DNA of 63,744 bases from Fimbriosthenelais zetlandica (Eukaryota). Below, piece by piece: positions 38,617-52,600 of this stretch; positions within the stretch are counted from its first letter, which is position 1, and every line of letters begins with the position of its first letter. The DNA lies in NCBI GenBank assembly GCA_977030845.1, contig OZ365109.1:36456257-36520000 (forward strand). Direction: 5' to 3'. A model generated the notes under the pieces. That model was not told where the DNA came from, searched no databases, and worked only from the letters and a program-made list of their open reading frames with translations. The position numbers were made by a program, and so were the translations under genes.

Positions 38617-39277
38617 GTAAGACCTATAACTTAATGTATACACAATCTCTCACTCTCAGACTAACAAAACAGAAGTTTTTCTTGCTTCTACTTTCCTCCA
38701 TATTAAGTAGCATCTCTCTCTCCTCTTCTAAATGGTGTGTATCGAGACATTCTTTGTATAGATGTTAGTCTATATGCTTCAGGCTTAAAATACTTTTGGT
38801 GATATATGTATATCGATTGGACTATAGGTGTTGTTTTCTTTTTAATGTGCTTGTCTATATTGATCACTTCAAGTAGGATAGATGTGATATACCCTAAAAA
38901 GGTGCAATGCCTATAGAATAAGGCTATTCAAGTTTTAACATCCTATGAAAAATCCTTCTGCCTTTATCGTTTATTCAATTCAAATCTGGTTTAACACATA
39001 GAAAAGCATATTGTAAACGCAGTACATTTGAACTGCTGACAATTGCTTTTGTCCACCATTTGCCAACCTTGTGACGTCTTGGATAGGCCATATATCCATC
39101 AGTCAGTGGTTTGTGTGAACACAGTGCACTCGCGTTTCAATCATGTCCATGTCATGGTCCAAGACATGCCCTGTTCAATGCATCGTAGAGATTGTATTAG
39201 AGACGACCCTTTTCTCCCTCACATCTCTCTCTCTGTCATCATCGCCCAAGGCTCATTATTCGTCCTCTCCGTACTTA

Positions 39278-39455
39278 AGCCTGTACTCCACTGCTGCGAT
39301 TTTCCTTGCGACACTATTGCGACAGGTGATGTTTGTATGGCAATGAGAAATGTTCCTGGACTCTTGGACCACAATATGTTAATTTTACTGTTACACAAGC
39401 ATCGCATTTGTCGCAGTAGTTTCGCAAGGAAAATCGCAGCAGTGGAGTACAGGCT
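39278..39455. mobile_element. MITE family D (reverse orientation, exact TTA TSD)
   Basis: tta|agcctgtactccactgctgcgattttccttgcga ... tcgcaaggaaaatcgcagcagtggagtacaggct|tta. Confidence 0.95.
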
Positions 39456-40199
39456 TTAGTGGTTCACCGCTGGAACATATTAATCCGCGTGACGTCATCG
39501 GCTGGCGTTCCCCGACCCTGATGGACTACTTTATCTTCAGGTGGCTCTCTGTCACTATGCTGTAGTGACCCTTGTCTGACCATCGACTACTGCTTTGATA
39601 GGACAGGCTCTGTTGGCTGACCATCTTCAGCTCTTCAGTGTACAAGACCTGAATGATTTTTGAAGTAAAAGAAAATCGTAAGAGTGTGGTCACGCTGCGT
39701 AGACTGAGGCATTGACAAACACAATGTATGTCAGAAGTTTTCAGGGACGTCGGACACAATGTGTGACGTTGAAAAGCTATATGCCAGACATATGGATCTT
39801 AAGTCGGACATTTCAAATTTTTGGCTTAGGCCTACACTGAAAATAGATGATGCGATAGTTAAAATCTTCCCAACACTTTTACCAATGGCCAGAGGAGACT
39901 ATTTAAAAATGTTGATATTTGAGTGCACTGTGTCGAAGACAATTGGGTTGTGTGAAATGGTGGAATTAACACATCAAAATTTAATGGGATATTTTCTGAA
40001 TAGAAAGCTTTCCTCAACAACAGGCCTGTTTCAATAATATAGTCTTGATATACATGTAAGGTTTAACAACATAGTCTTTTACTTATGCATGTATGGAATA
40101 TATTTGTTCTTATTTTAGTAGAAACAAAATCATTCTTCTAATCCACATAACTCAAGTACATACACTATACTTTTACAACCTTCGCTATATTCCCCTATT

Positions 40200-42100
40200 C
40201 CCCCTAAGCACGATTTTTAAGATGTATCTAATCCTAATGCACTTCATTCTTTCTCATTCTTTCCCGTTCTAACATAATCTCAGAATATAGTGAAGATAAA
40301 ATCATAATAAAATATACTAACTTAGGACTAGCCTATATATTGGGGACTAAAGATCCAAGTCACCTACTCTAGTGAAGTTGACATAATATTCCAAATGTTT
40401 TTTAACAAAAAATGAGCCAGATTGAATGAGACTATTGAATTGAGTTTGTTCCCTTTGAAAAAAAAACATATGTTCCCTTTGAACATAAACTACAAGTATA
40501 CAATAGACTAATAGCTACATCCACTTTGACGCAAATTAAATACCGAGGAACCATGCATTTACCAGTGATTGCAGATCTGTTTGGGGGTGTAGATGGGCGT
40601 ATTATTTTATGTTATTTCAACCCTTTATACCATATCTCCCTGTGGGAAATGTCGATCCAGCGGACACATTGTTTGTATTCTAACCAGTGGGTGGATGGAT
40701 GTGTTGGGTTTTTTAAAGACCCAGCTATGTAAAGCCTTAATTATCAATATGATAATTACACCTGCTGTGATTAAGTATCGAGCCATTTGCTTTATGGAAC
40801 ACTAGTTCTTGTCACATTGATGTAGCACTGTGGAAGTACATTAATTCAATGCAATTAGCCATCGCTCCTCCAAATTGCTGAAGCGTTTTCTTCTACCAGC
40901 TGGAATCTATGTTTTCATAGTAAACATATAAGGGGGATTATTCTTGCATCACATACATCATGTATGATGAGAAATAGAATCATATATGGACATACCAGTA
41001 CTTGTTATTTGTATGTTAAGCCGGGACTCCACTGCTACGATTTTGCTTGCGACACAATTGCGACGAAGGTGATGCCTCTGTCGCAAAGAAAAATGTACCA
41101 GTGAAGGACGGCCTTCAGGCTTTGGACACTTCGACCACATTTTATATATTTTATGGTGACACAAGCGTCACATTTGTCACGGTAGTTTCACATCCAAAAT
41201 CGCAGCAGTGGAGTCCAGACTTTATGCACTGGATATAATTAGGGTGATTGAAGCAAGCCGATTGAGCATTGGACTGATCCGTCTTTGAGCACAGTCTGTT
41301 AAGCTAAGCAGGCCTGTACACAATCTGCTCGGCTTGGGCTACATATTATTGGATATAGTAAAGTTAATAAAGTTGAGCTACATCATTGGGGCTGTGTACC
41401 AGCAGACAGTTTACTGGGACATCTCCACCCCTGCATGCCTGGCATCTTTCCTCTGCCAGGGTGTCTAAGTAGGCTTCTGTTATAGACAACGCAATTGGCA
41501 AGGTGTGCAGGTCATGCGAGGCTCTGTTAAGTGTTAAGACACCCTGTTTACAATATATGTTTATATTATACATGAAACTAATATGAATTTCCATATATAT
41601 TAAGTTTTCATGTATAACAAAAGATAATAAGGAACCTGCACTTTGACAAGCAATTTGTATGGATTGCATTAAAAACATTGTGCGATTTTCATTGCGACTT
41701 AAATGTGGCATCAGGCACAACTTTGATTGGTATGTGACATCAGTGGAGGATAGGGTTCGTTGAGGTGTTCAGCTAAGAGTACTTGCTATTAAAGTGGATC
41801 TTTTCTCCCCTGAAGCTTTTAATCTCCGTGGCTTATAGTGCCTAATGAAATAGATCCCACATTCAATATGTGGGTGTCTGTCCCAATATAACCAAGGCTT
41901 CCAGCTTCCATACCATAATGATTGCCCTCTACCATATAATACCCCCAACCACCACCAATACTTCCTGGAGCTTCTCTCAAGCACACCCATACCTGCTGAC
42001 CTACTCCTGCACACCACCGTTGACCTCTTCTACTTAAATACTTCTTCCTCTTCCACCTCCTTCTCCTCCACCACCTCCACCTCCGCACAGGATTCTATGG
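40200..42100 (-). mobile_element. Decayed DIRS-like pol 5' region/RT with a MITE D insertion
   Basis: Minus strand: G/R-rich gag-like tail (~42040-42090); IPAGRRKRF (~40880-40907); GVIIILI; ALHSWVFKKPNTSIHP (~40690-40737, like LGF.IN..KS.L.P). Confidence 0.4.
41019..41221. mobile_element. MITE family D (reverse orientation, TTA TSD)
   Basis: tta|agccgggactccactgctacgattttg ... caaaatcgcagcagtggagtccagact|tta. Confidence 0.93.
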
Positions 42101-43108
42101 AGTCATACCGAGGGAAAAGAAGCCCTTATACCAACTATATGGAAATCTCTGCACTTACTCATATATGATCCACCCCTTGGCCTGACTTTGTGGTTTCTTC
42201 TCCCTGGACTGCACTGCACCGTATATATGTCCTATGCATACATCTTAAACTGCTGCCTGGCCCTTCCTCTTCCTGCACAAGGTGACAGTATCTGCAAAGA
42301 AATCTCTACTAGAAGATACTAACAGGCGATACTAACAGAGTTTATATGCTTGCATAAAAAGTGCACATGTCTCTCATTGGCTTTTTCCCCGGTTTGCATT
42401 GCTTCAACCATGTTTTTATGCCTTCATTGTTTCGCTGCCTTCATCGTTTTTTAATAAGATCCTTCTTTATTTGCTCTAACTTGTCTCATAATTTTGTCTT
42501 CAAATTGTTACATTGTTGCCGGAGTAGATTTAGCATTATATTATTAACATTACAATAGATCTGAGTGTAGAAAAAATGTATGCTATGGAAATTGAGCAGC
42601 TGAACCATGCGTTTCTTAGTTGACACGTTGTTACAGAAATTACCAAAAAAAAAATTGAGGCACATTTTGCCGTCTCATTCCGATATTGTTTCCTGTTTCC
42701 CATGGGAGAAAATTGATCCCTTTTTAATCCATTTAATATGATAATGGTGCTGCCAATTTCCATAGAGTGTGTAGATAAACCAAACGTCATTTAGATAACT
42801 AAGTGGATTTTAAGATAATTTATCAACCTAAGTGACATGTGTAAATTAATTATTTGACTCGATCATTTTCCCCAAGCTGCATGTAAATGTTACTCAATTG
42901 AAAGAATCGAGTAGGGATTCTTTCAGATCGAGCAGATGATAAATATCGTATATGTAGTATTAAAATTTTTTTTGTTTCTCCCTTCAAGCCATTTCCGTAT
43001 GCATATGATTTCTTAAGTGAGACGAGAAGATCTTTTTTGATGATTTTACTTTTGCATGTTTGTATGTTTTGTTGCATGAAGACGAAGAGCATGCTTTCTT
43101 GTTTTTAG

Positions 43109-43807
43109 GTTATGATTCCGATGACGACTATGGTGACAATCATGAACGAAATCATCACGAACCGCAATCATTAGGTTCTCGGTGGAGTAAGGGTAAAACA
43201 TACACACGTGTACCAGTTACAACAGCAGATGATGACCTCATGCGGGCTTTATCTGCACCGAGTACGATACCTGGCTCACGATATTCTACAGGCAACAACA
43301 ACAACACTGCCAATACCAACACTCTGACAACGACGACGACGACGACGTCAGGACAAAATCCACTTCCGTCCCCGCAACCACAAACGCCGTATACTCCGGG
43401 TGGGAACAATACCACGTCACATTCTCCATCTTTGTCATCTCTTACCAAACCTTCTTTGGCACCCGCACTCTCTTCACGCTATAAAACGAATCGGCCAAAT
43501 GCTGTGCCGAACAAACCATCATCAGTCTCAACTCCCATAAGTCACAACAACACAACATCGAGTTGTCCTCCACAAGGCCTTGTAGTTGTAGACCAATCTC
43601 CCGAAGATCCTCCTCATTCTCCTTCCTCCTCTCCTACTCCTCCATTTGCCTCCCATCCCTCTTCAGATGAAACTACTGATGAATCGAAACCAAAGAGAAC
43701 ATTAGAGGAGATTCAGAATTCAGAGTACCATGATAAAAGCACGGAGGATGAGGATGAGCCCATGCCTGAACCGCTGGCATATATCAGTCAGAAAGTCCAA
43801 GGCCAAG
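43109..43807 (+). CDS. Large coding exon: acidic start, Thr/Asn/Pro/Ser-rich disordered region, acidic end
   Basis: Acceptor tttcttgtttttag|, donor CAAG|gtacac, 699 nt (233 codons) without stops, phase 1-1; lies within ORF 43060-43884. Confidence 0.88.
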
Positions 43808-44479
43808 GTACACTTTCTTCGTGTTGCGGTGACGGGATAAGCTTGGTGGTGGTTTCAGCTATTCAGATTTTATATATTATCTGAACTATATTGGTGTCTA
43901 GGTTTGGAAATCGTTCACAGTCACAGATTGGCCTGCTACTCACTGGCCTGCAACTTAGAGAAAATTTGCCTGCAATATAGGCAATAATATAATGGTTAAC
44001 CTTAAGGCTAAAAAGTGTCGTAACTAATTTAAAAATTACATTTTCACAAAAATCGAAATGTAGAACACATCTTCTACTTCAAATCTTACACAAGAACACA
44101 TATCTACACCTTATGCTTATGCTTTTATTTTGCATGGAACAAATTTTGATGTTTTTAGTGGCATTTCTTGTGAAGTGACATTCTTCCTTGCTTTAGGTAT
44201 ATATAAGATATTGCTGTGACGTTTTCTGGCTACATAAGCATGTTAGTTTAAGTCCATATTCCTTTTGTTATATTACATACTAATTTGCAGTCTATATTGT
44301 TACTAATAATATTAGATCTTGTATAGAAAGTTCCATTTCTTAATGGCCATAGCAAAGCTGGTGGCATTTTCAGGCAAAAAGGTAAGTGCATTTTCAAAGT
44401 CTCATTTGTCATTTTCAGCCATTTTGAACAATGATATCAGTTGGTAAGATTTATTCCTCTGCTGCAGTTTTAAATAAGA

Positions 44480-47400
44480 AAGGACCATGGAACAGGCTTT
44501 GTGCCTACCGCAGTTTTGAATCATTTGCGGTGGGATCATTTGTCATTGTTTCCTGCTCCTGGTCGCAGCCTTATGTCCAGGACTACTGATCACCTCAGTT
44601 CTACGTCCTCATCACTTTAGTCTTTATTAGTCCCAGAGGACATTGATTAAGGTAATTAATCTTGATTGAAGTAACGTAACTGGGAGGAAAAGGGATAATA
44701 AATGAGGACTCTGGGCGGCAGGTTAGAACTGTGGACTTGGAAGCAACAAGTGCCAACGCCAGAGAATGTGCTAAACCATTCTGAAAGAAGAACCACTTTT
44801 TTATCTGGTTCTGAAAGGATAAAAGCATTTACCATTCACGTACCCTTCCCTTGACATTCAAGTTCTGTTGACTTCTCATGCTCATTTTGGGATCGCCTCG
44901 GCTGCTTGGTATGTGATGAAAATACACACAACAGGTCCATATTTGAGACTAGACAGATGAATTCAATGCTGTCCCATGGATGTTGAATAGGAACGGTTAA
45001 GTAGTTAGCCTCTACCGCTGCGTAATTGACCAAATTATATCATGCAAAAACATTCACTACCAGTTACCAAATATAGCAGACTAAGCGTGCAAATCATTGC
45101 TCTCTGAAAGGTCAGAGTTGTTTTATTTGCTCAAGATTGACTTCAGTCTCTGGAATTTCAACTCTCAGCTATAATGTGAACTGTTAAAATGACAAAGTAC
45201 AAAAGATATATTACTTTTGGTTTAAAATTTAAGTGCTGAATGCTTAATGTCAGTCGTGTAAGAAAATAGTCTTTCACTTCTGCATATTTCAACTGGGATG
45301 TCAATAATTTTGCCTCTAATGCAATGGCCTTTATTGTGTTCAGCATTCACCAGTTCTGTAATGGTCGCTCATGGTTCAATTTTCGTACATCATCTGATTC
45401 AAGGAGTCTCATTATTTTGTCAATGACACCAATCATGAAATGCCAGAAATCCATTGGAGTGGCCAACTTTGAAACGAAATCCACAGAAACTGCTTTAATG
45501 TAGACCAAGAGTCCAATTATCTGATTCTGGAAATTATCGTGGAATCACGTCGGTCTATCTTGACGTGGCCAGATGAGTCAGGAAAAGTTTGGCTTGTGCA
45601 CTTGTGTGAAAGATACTGTCTGTGAAATCTGGGATATTTGTTTCTCTCTTGGAAAATCACTTTTAATGTTGGGAAGATGTCTCCTGTCTATTTCAGACTG
45701 CCAGATACCCCCTGCCAACCCCTGCATAGTGAATATTCCCGCAAATATTGACCAGAGATTCTCATTTACTGGCCTTTTTCTCCTATAATTGATTCAATCT
45801 CCATGCCAGGCTGGTCCTATTGGTGTCCTGAGATTTGGTCTGTTTGATGAAGACCGTCTCTGCCTTGCCCAGCTAAATGCAACGGCGGAGGAAGAGGCGG
45901 AGTCTAATACATACGCACAATATGCTAACATCCTAGGAATAGAAGGCCAATAACTACCTGACCGGAAGCTGGGAGGAAAAGCTTTTGCCAGCTGGCTCAA
46001 AGTGATTTGCATGGCCGTTGGACTATGAGTGACACATAGACTGGACATTTCCATATAAACTGCCAAGTGGCTTGACAACCACTGTGGTTCTTTGCTATGC
46101 CACGCTTCTCTTATTGTTGGCCTATATTCGACTCTTATGCCGGGCCCACACAGAGGCGATTTGTCCAAGCGATGCAGAACGATAGTATATTTGTAAATGA
46201 TTGTAATTTTGTCAGTGGTTAGACTTAGCTAGGTTTAAAGGACTGTTAAAATTTCAAGCATTGGTTGTGACTAGAAATATACTATCGTTCTGCAGCTTGG
46301 GCAAATCGCCTCTGTGTGGGCCCGGCATTATGATTTTCTGTAGCCGACAGGCCTACATTCAGTCCTCATTCTCTCAGGGCATTTATTACAATTTTTGTCC
46401 AGAAAGTCTTAAATCAGGAAATCATTAAATCTCAACTCATGACAAATTTTGTAGTGGTGAACGGTCATTAAAAAGAACCCGGAGGGCATGGGATCATGAT
46501 GCAGTGTTCGACATCATTCCATGAACACTGAGAAGTTCCTGACTTGTTTTCTTGAAGAAAAATGCTTCCCAGTCTATATACTTCCCACACAAACGACCTA
46601 GCCTTCCGGCCGAGAGACAGGAAGTGACGTCAGACTTCCGCCACTCAGCGAGATGACCAGCTCGTCATGGTGGTCATATTGTCATTCTCCTCAATCTTAT
46701 ACGTCGTGCCGGGAAGCATGGTCCCTATGATGGCTATCCTGATGGTCTAATAGCTATAGCCTAGCTATAGCCAGCCCAGATAATGCCGATAATCACACCT
46801 CTTCCCCCCCGATCATCGAATGTTGTGTGGTTTCGGCATAGCAATATCTATAGGAACTAAACTACGTGGGCATTTATCAACAGGTATTTTGTTATAGAGG
46901 CCATCTAGCCGAGAGGTCCTTCATAATGCTCAGAATAGTCCAGGCTCAAGATCCCCAAAAGAGATCTATAAAGGGTTTTATCCTACACTACTTGGGTCCT
47001 TTCTTTGCCTTTTCATTGCTGGAGGGTACGTCTGGTTGTTGTGCTGAAAGACTCTTCATGAAAAGTGTTAGCAGAAACGTTTCTATGACCAATTTGGTTT
47101 GGGTATTTTCTGGTTATTATCCTGAGGTTTCAGTGGCTGCTGAGAAAAAGTCGAAATCTGTGGGCAGAATTATTACTATAACCAATGTTTGACATATATA
47201 TGCATATCCAATCTGCCGTTTGTCCTATAATATTGAATTCATAGTACATAGGGACTGACTTGTTTCTGAACGGGATCTAACCTTGGACTGACACCCATGT
47301 AGGGGCCTACAGTCTGTTGAGTGAGAGCAACAGTAGTTGCCAGGGTCAGTCTTTGAAGTGTCAACACTGTAGAGACACACACAGACCTGGCCCCTTTGTT

Positions 47401-48900
47401 TCTTTTTTTCCTGTCTGATGTGCCACGATGTAGGCCATGGTATTGTGATTAAACCCTGATTCACAAGTCAACAAGAAGGCCAGCTTTCTTACCTGCCGTC
47501 TCTGTTTTGCAAAACAACAATTTCTTTCATGCAAATTCCACTTTTTTCTGCATTTCACATTCGCCCAATTGACTTGCTGATCCTTTAGATATACATATAC
47601 AGTGATCTAGATTTTTGACATCTAGATTTTTTACTTCTGGGAGTTGTATAGATTTCGGCTTGTACGGTGGTCTAGATTTAGGACTTCTAGGAGTTCTATA
47701 GATTTCTGCCTGTATACTGATCTACTTTTGAGACTTCTAAGAGTTAGAACTATCTGCTTTCAGTCTATCTATGATCTCTACTAGCCCTTCCAAAATACCC
47801 CAGTCCTATAGATAGCCTACATGTGTACTCTTATTGGTTGCTATGAAAAACTGGAATTGTACTCTTTGTGAAGCTATAGATGGTTATCAAAGGTTTTACT
47901 GACTCAGCAGTCCATTGGGTTAAACACGTCCCTGGCCATGTACCCCCAATACACCAGCCTAACCAAGTGTTTTATTCGTATTGAGTGTTTCTCAATGTCC
48001 TGTGGCTTTTTGGCCTGGCTTTAGATATTGTCCTGTGACCAGGCTGACCCTCGGGGCTGCCTGGCTCGGGCCTCAGCTGGGACTGTGTATTCAACACGAG
48101 CAATGTTGGAAAGATTTCTTGCCGATACTTCTGTATTATGTGACTGGTAGAGCAAAGGGTGGGTGAACACAAGGTTAACATGCCCTGGAGGAGCTGACAT
48201 TGACTGCTTTCTCCTTGCCTTAGTAAATAGAACGTGCTGCCTAGTGACCCAGGCCCATTCACAATTCCAGTCTTAAATCGAGTAGTTTTTTCATGCCACT
48301 GCCATATAGAGAAAATTCACGTTTTTGAAAGAGAACGTCCATCAAATGTTCTATCATACTGTCTTCAATACCTTATCAAGTTCTGTCATTTTTGCAGCAG
48401 CTCCAATCCATCAATCCATATCACACTGGGCTTCTTCCAATTGATGCTCTCACGTTCGACCATTCACACAAATGTGGAAACACTTTGGTCTACTAGAGAA
48501 CGGTTCTCTCCAGTCAAGCCATCTTCTGAGGATATATGTGGCTCATAGTTTTATATTCATCCCCAGAAAATGTCACTTGTCTTGTAGTGCTCTTGCATTG
48601 ATTGACTCATATTAGTCTCTATGCATTGTCAAAAAATATCCCAAGATTGCAGTGCATTTCCAGTGCTTGCTATTCAGTTATAGATAAATGTAGGTTATCG
48701 CCTGGGGCATGTTTCCTGCCTTTCATGTACTCACACTTGCTGCTGTGTGGTGCACTCTAACAGTGTTACATCGAGGGGAAGGTATTGATATGGAACCCGA
48801 TGTAGCAGACATTCCATTGCACTCAGACCAGGCTCTGTCAAACACTAGGGCAATGGTAACAACCTTCCTGTATGTCAGGGCAATAGCTCCACTCATTCTA
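44480..48900 (-). mobile_element. Decayed near full-length DIRS1-like pol+YR with a MITE C insertion
   Basis: Minus strand in order: GMNIKL*ATYILRRWL and SINWKKPS (~48425-48560); NHNTMAYIVAHQTG (~47412-47455, like DNTT.VAYIN.QGG); DFDFFSAA (~47135-47158); AFPP..YWPS (~45940-45983); LNFKPKVIYLL; NQCPLGLIK..MRT (~44610-44648). Confidence 0.65.
46138..46327. mobile_element. MITE family C (PIF/Harbinger-like, exact TTA TSD)
   Basis: tta|tgccgggcccacacagaggcgatttgtccaagc ... gcttgggcaaatcgcctctgtgtgggcccggca|tta; near-perfect 33-bp TIR. Confidence 0.95.
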
Positions 48901-48901
48901 C

Positions 48902-49240
48902 CATTGATATAAGTGGTACAACCATGTAAAACAATGTTTTACTTTTGAGATTTGCTGAAAAAGTTTTGATTGAGGAAGTATAACTGGGGAAAGTTATTTA
49001 AGCGCAGCATTGATATAAGTGGTACAACCATGTAAAACAATGTTTCTTGAATGATTTGAAACTTTTGAGATTTGCTGAAAAAGTTTTGATTGAGGAAGTA
49101 TAACTGGGGAAAGTTATTTAAGCGCAGCATTGATATAAGTGGTACAACCATGTAAAACAATGTTTCTTGAATGATTTGAAACTTTTTTGATTTGCTGAAA
49201 ATTTTGATTGAGGAAGTAAAACTGGGGAAAGTTATTTAAA
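48902..49240. repeat. 120-bp tandem repeat, ~3 copies
   Basis: Sequence at 49021 recurs at 49141; the first copy lacks 14 nt and the third diverges. Confidence 0.95.
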
Positions 49241-52200
49241 CTGGTTGATATCCACTTGATGTGGCAACAGGTTATTCATGGTATATGTCAATTATGACTA
49301 CAAGTAGCACCATTTGAAGTCAGCGGGATGGAATGATGTTTTACATCATCAGAGATTTTCTAGACCAAGTAATCTTAACGGCTTTGAAGCAAGCTAGATC
49401 CCATGGGTGTCTGGGTGCGTATAATGAGAGCAAAAACGGGAGCTATCGCCCGCCATGGTCTGGCTTCATTAGGTTCCTATGCACCCAGTACCTGTATTGA
49501 GATCAAGGCCTATGGCTCTTGGACATGAAAGACTCGCCCAGTATACCACCGAGTGGTTTGGCACACATCCTGTGAGGTGATTCATTCAATTCAAGCAAGG
49601 CTTCTGCCTCAGTGGAAGAGTGCTATATATGTTTATGAAGATTATATGGTGCTGGAGTATTGGGTATCCTTCAGTGAATAGCCTGCGGTGGCTCCTAGCC
49701 AAGTGGAAGCACTGATCACCCAAACAGGAAACCAGAAAAAAAAATTGGAGGAAAAATCTTGCTTTTCAAATTTCACAGAAAAAAAACCTCATATGGTACT
49801 ACAAGTAGGTTTTTAAACGTTCCTGCAGTGCCTAAATGAATCTCCAAGGGTTTTTTCTGTTGATTTTGTTTCTGTTATTTACTGGTACCAAGACAAAATA
49901 TCTAGATTGCGATTGGGAAATTATTGGCTGTCAAGCCCAGCAGGTGCATCAAACCAGCATTAATGACCATGGCCATCACTTCCGCACTATATCCATCTGA
50001 ATGGCGCTGCCAATCATTTCTGTTTGTACACGCTCTTGCTGTCTTTTGTATATTTTTCCCTCTTGCATCAGAGCATCCATAGGTGGTCTCTTTCAGCAGG
50101 CGCCAGGCAAGAGCAAGGGTTAGTCTGCCTGTTGCTGGGCGAGAGCCAGGCTATATACATAACAGAGAGGGTGGGGATTGCCTTCTTTGTATGGGGGGCA
50201 AGGTCCTTGTACATTGCCTGTAGATGACACTAACCTCCTCCCAGCCCGCTCTGCCCTAGAGGTACAAGGCATTAATGTCCTGCTCTGCTGACAGAAGCAC
50301 TATCTGCTTGTTTTCTGCCCTGTACCGCTGCTTGTGATGCACTTGCTGACCTCTCCCTTGATCCCAAATGGAGCCACCAGACATAGTCGGGCCCCGGTGT
50401 CTGAGCCGTGGAGACTATGGTCCGCTCCGCACCGCCCGCCGGACTCTCCCCTGGGTCTGCCACTCTCACACTTCTCTCCCAAACAAACCAACATAGCACC
50501 AATTTCCGGCGTGGAAATCGAGATAATAGAAGGACTTGTTCAACTATTTTGTGCCGCTTGCTTTTGTCCAGGGCCGGCATGTACTATCAATAAAATGGCA
50601 ATCTTCCCATGGAGCAAGTGACCACTGGATGTGGTGGCTATCGGGTAAAAATGAACTGAATCAATGAGGCACATATAGCCCCCACGGCCGAGGTGTAGCC
50701 CTACTGTTTTGTATACTAAAGCCCGAGTTCTTTTAAAAGTTATTTCCTTTACAAGGAACTAAACTCAATTTGATAAGGCTGATTTATTCGGCCTTGCCAA
50801 AAGAAAGCCCTATTAATAAAGATACCGCATCCTTCCTGCCTATTTATGGAGATTCTTCCTTTCTGAACGACCTGGAAGAAAATAAGGGGCAGGGACAATT
50901 TGTCAACACTGTTTGCTTAATGAGTGTGCGACTTTGTTACTCCTTGGGGGATACAGGTCTGCCATATTTCTCGTTGTTTCCCTTTAATAATTCTGTGATA
51001 GCAAACTGCAGGTATTCTGTCATTCTACTTGGTATATTGTTGGATTTCTTCTCAGAGGTGTTACGCAGAGTTTACTGGAAGAAATCTTTACAATTCAGCT
51101 TTAGAATTACTGCACTGAATTCCCTAATTGCAAAGCAATTAAGGCCAGTCGAAAAATGATTATAATGAATAAAAGATGTTATATCCTACCCCTTACATTC
51201 ATCATCTATGTTGGAACCCCAGTTTGAAAGTGAAAACTACCCCCTTGGTAATTGTCTCCCATAACTGTCTTAGAATACTGAAGTATGACTAATTAGGCAA
51301 AAAAACAAAGCTGACTGTAATCTTAGTAGAATTGCTTCCCTTTTTATGAAGGCCTCCCAGGGGTAACTTAATTCTCAGAGTGGCACCACAAATCATTGTT
51401 TTATGGTGGGCTTCAATTACCCCGTAGACATTATTTCTGCTGCTGATTGGACATGGACCCTTTTGCCAAGTTTTCTTATCTATTAGATAGTGAGGATTGG
51501 CGTGTTGTTTCATTAAAAAACTCCTCAGAACATTTGCATTCTCTGCTACGTTCCCAGCCGAGACTTGGCAAACTATGTTTGTTCATGGCAGCTTACCCCC
51601 CCCCCCCCCCCCCCACCCCACCCCCTCTCCCTCACTCTCCCTCACTCTCCCCTGGATGATATGATCCCTTAATGGCATGTGTCAATTAATAGTGCATTTA
51701 ATGGTCTTGAATGTTCATTATTTTGTAAATTTACAGGGCGCATTTCCATTGTGAATCCCAGCCCGAGAGCGAACCGCCATTTGTCAGCCCTATCATCCGC
51801 CTTTCAAGGTTGTATTATTCATTAGACATATTGGTCTTGACATAACGCGTTTTAACATTGCATTTTTATTGGTATTCATATAGGTTTATATTTGATAGGT
51901 GCTAACCACTTTTTCCCTGGTCTATTTAGGGGATAGTCAGTTGATTAGAGACTGACAAATGCCGAAGTTTCGTAAGTAATCCCTAATAGGTCAAGTGTCA
52001 TGTTCTGTTGATCAGGAAGTTGTTGACAGTATATTGATATATATTCCCCAAGGACCCAAATAAAATCAGCCTTCTAATAATTATTCTCCGGACCCATTGA
52101 AGCATTACAAATGAGGTTTTACCCCTCTTGACTTTTCCTGTCCCATAATTTGCCTATCTGGCTATGCTTCATGGTTGGCACTGGCTTCCCAACTGGCTTC

Positions 52201-52600
52201 CGCTTCCCAACTGGCTTCCCAACATCATCTGTTCTCTATCAACTAATGTCTCCTGGGGTTAAATAGGTTCATATATTGATGAATGGAGCTTCATCAATGA
52301 TTTAACATTCACTTCGATTTTCCCTTTGAATGACTTCGTTTTTTTCAGTAAATTCCCCTTTTGTTCTTTGTACGTAGTGGTTCTTTGTCCAATGGTGGTG
52401 ATGATTCCGAAGTCTTGACCAGGCTCCACAATCCCTTCAGTTGTAATCTCAACATTTGTCCCCAGCAGCAATTCCTTACTCTTGCTCGGGGTTGAGGGGG
52501 AGTCAGGGGAGCTCACACTTACAGATTTGGAATCTTTTTATCCCACCCACCCAGACAGAAGTATTGATTTCTTTCACACGCTATCTTCTGACTGGTGTGG
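49241..52600 (-). mobile_element. Decayed DIRS1-like retrotransposon (gag?, RT, RH, YR start)
   Basis: Minus strand: ELLKG (~50978-50993), FSSRSF, WSLAPW...YYLDF (~50513-50600), DINALYL (50259-50279), SHRP*SQYRYW (~49490-49520), LPFLLSLY; ORF 52259-52516 possibly gag. Confidence 0.5.
51737..51808 (+). CDS. Possible further exon (GRISIVNPSPRANRHLSALSSAFQ)
   Basis: Acceptor ttttgtaaatttacag|, 72 nt open, phase 1-1, but a weak donor (gttgta) and it may lie inside the DIRS remnant. Confidence 0.3.

Noticed and set aside
19078-43807. Assigning a gene symbol to the host gene
   Set aside because: Only coiled-coil and low-complexity segments are visible, with no diagnostic domain.
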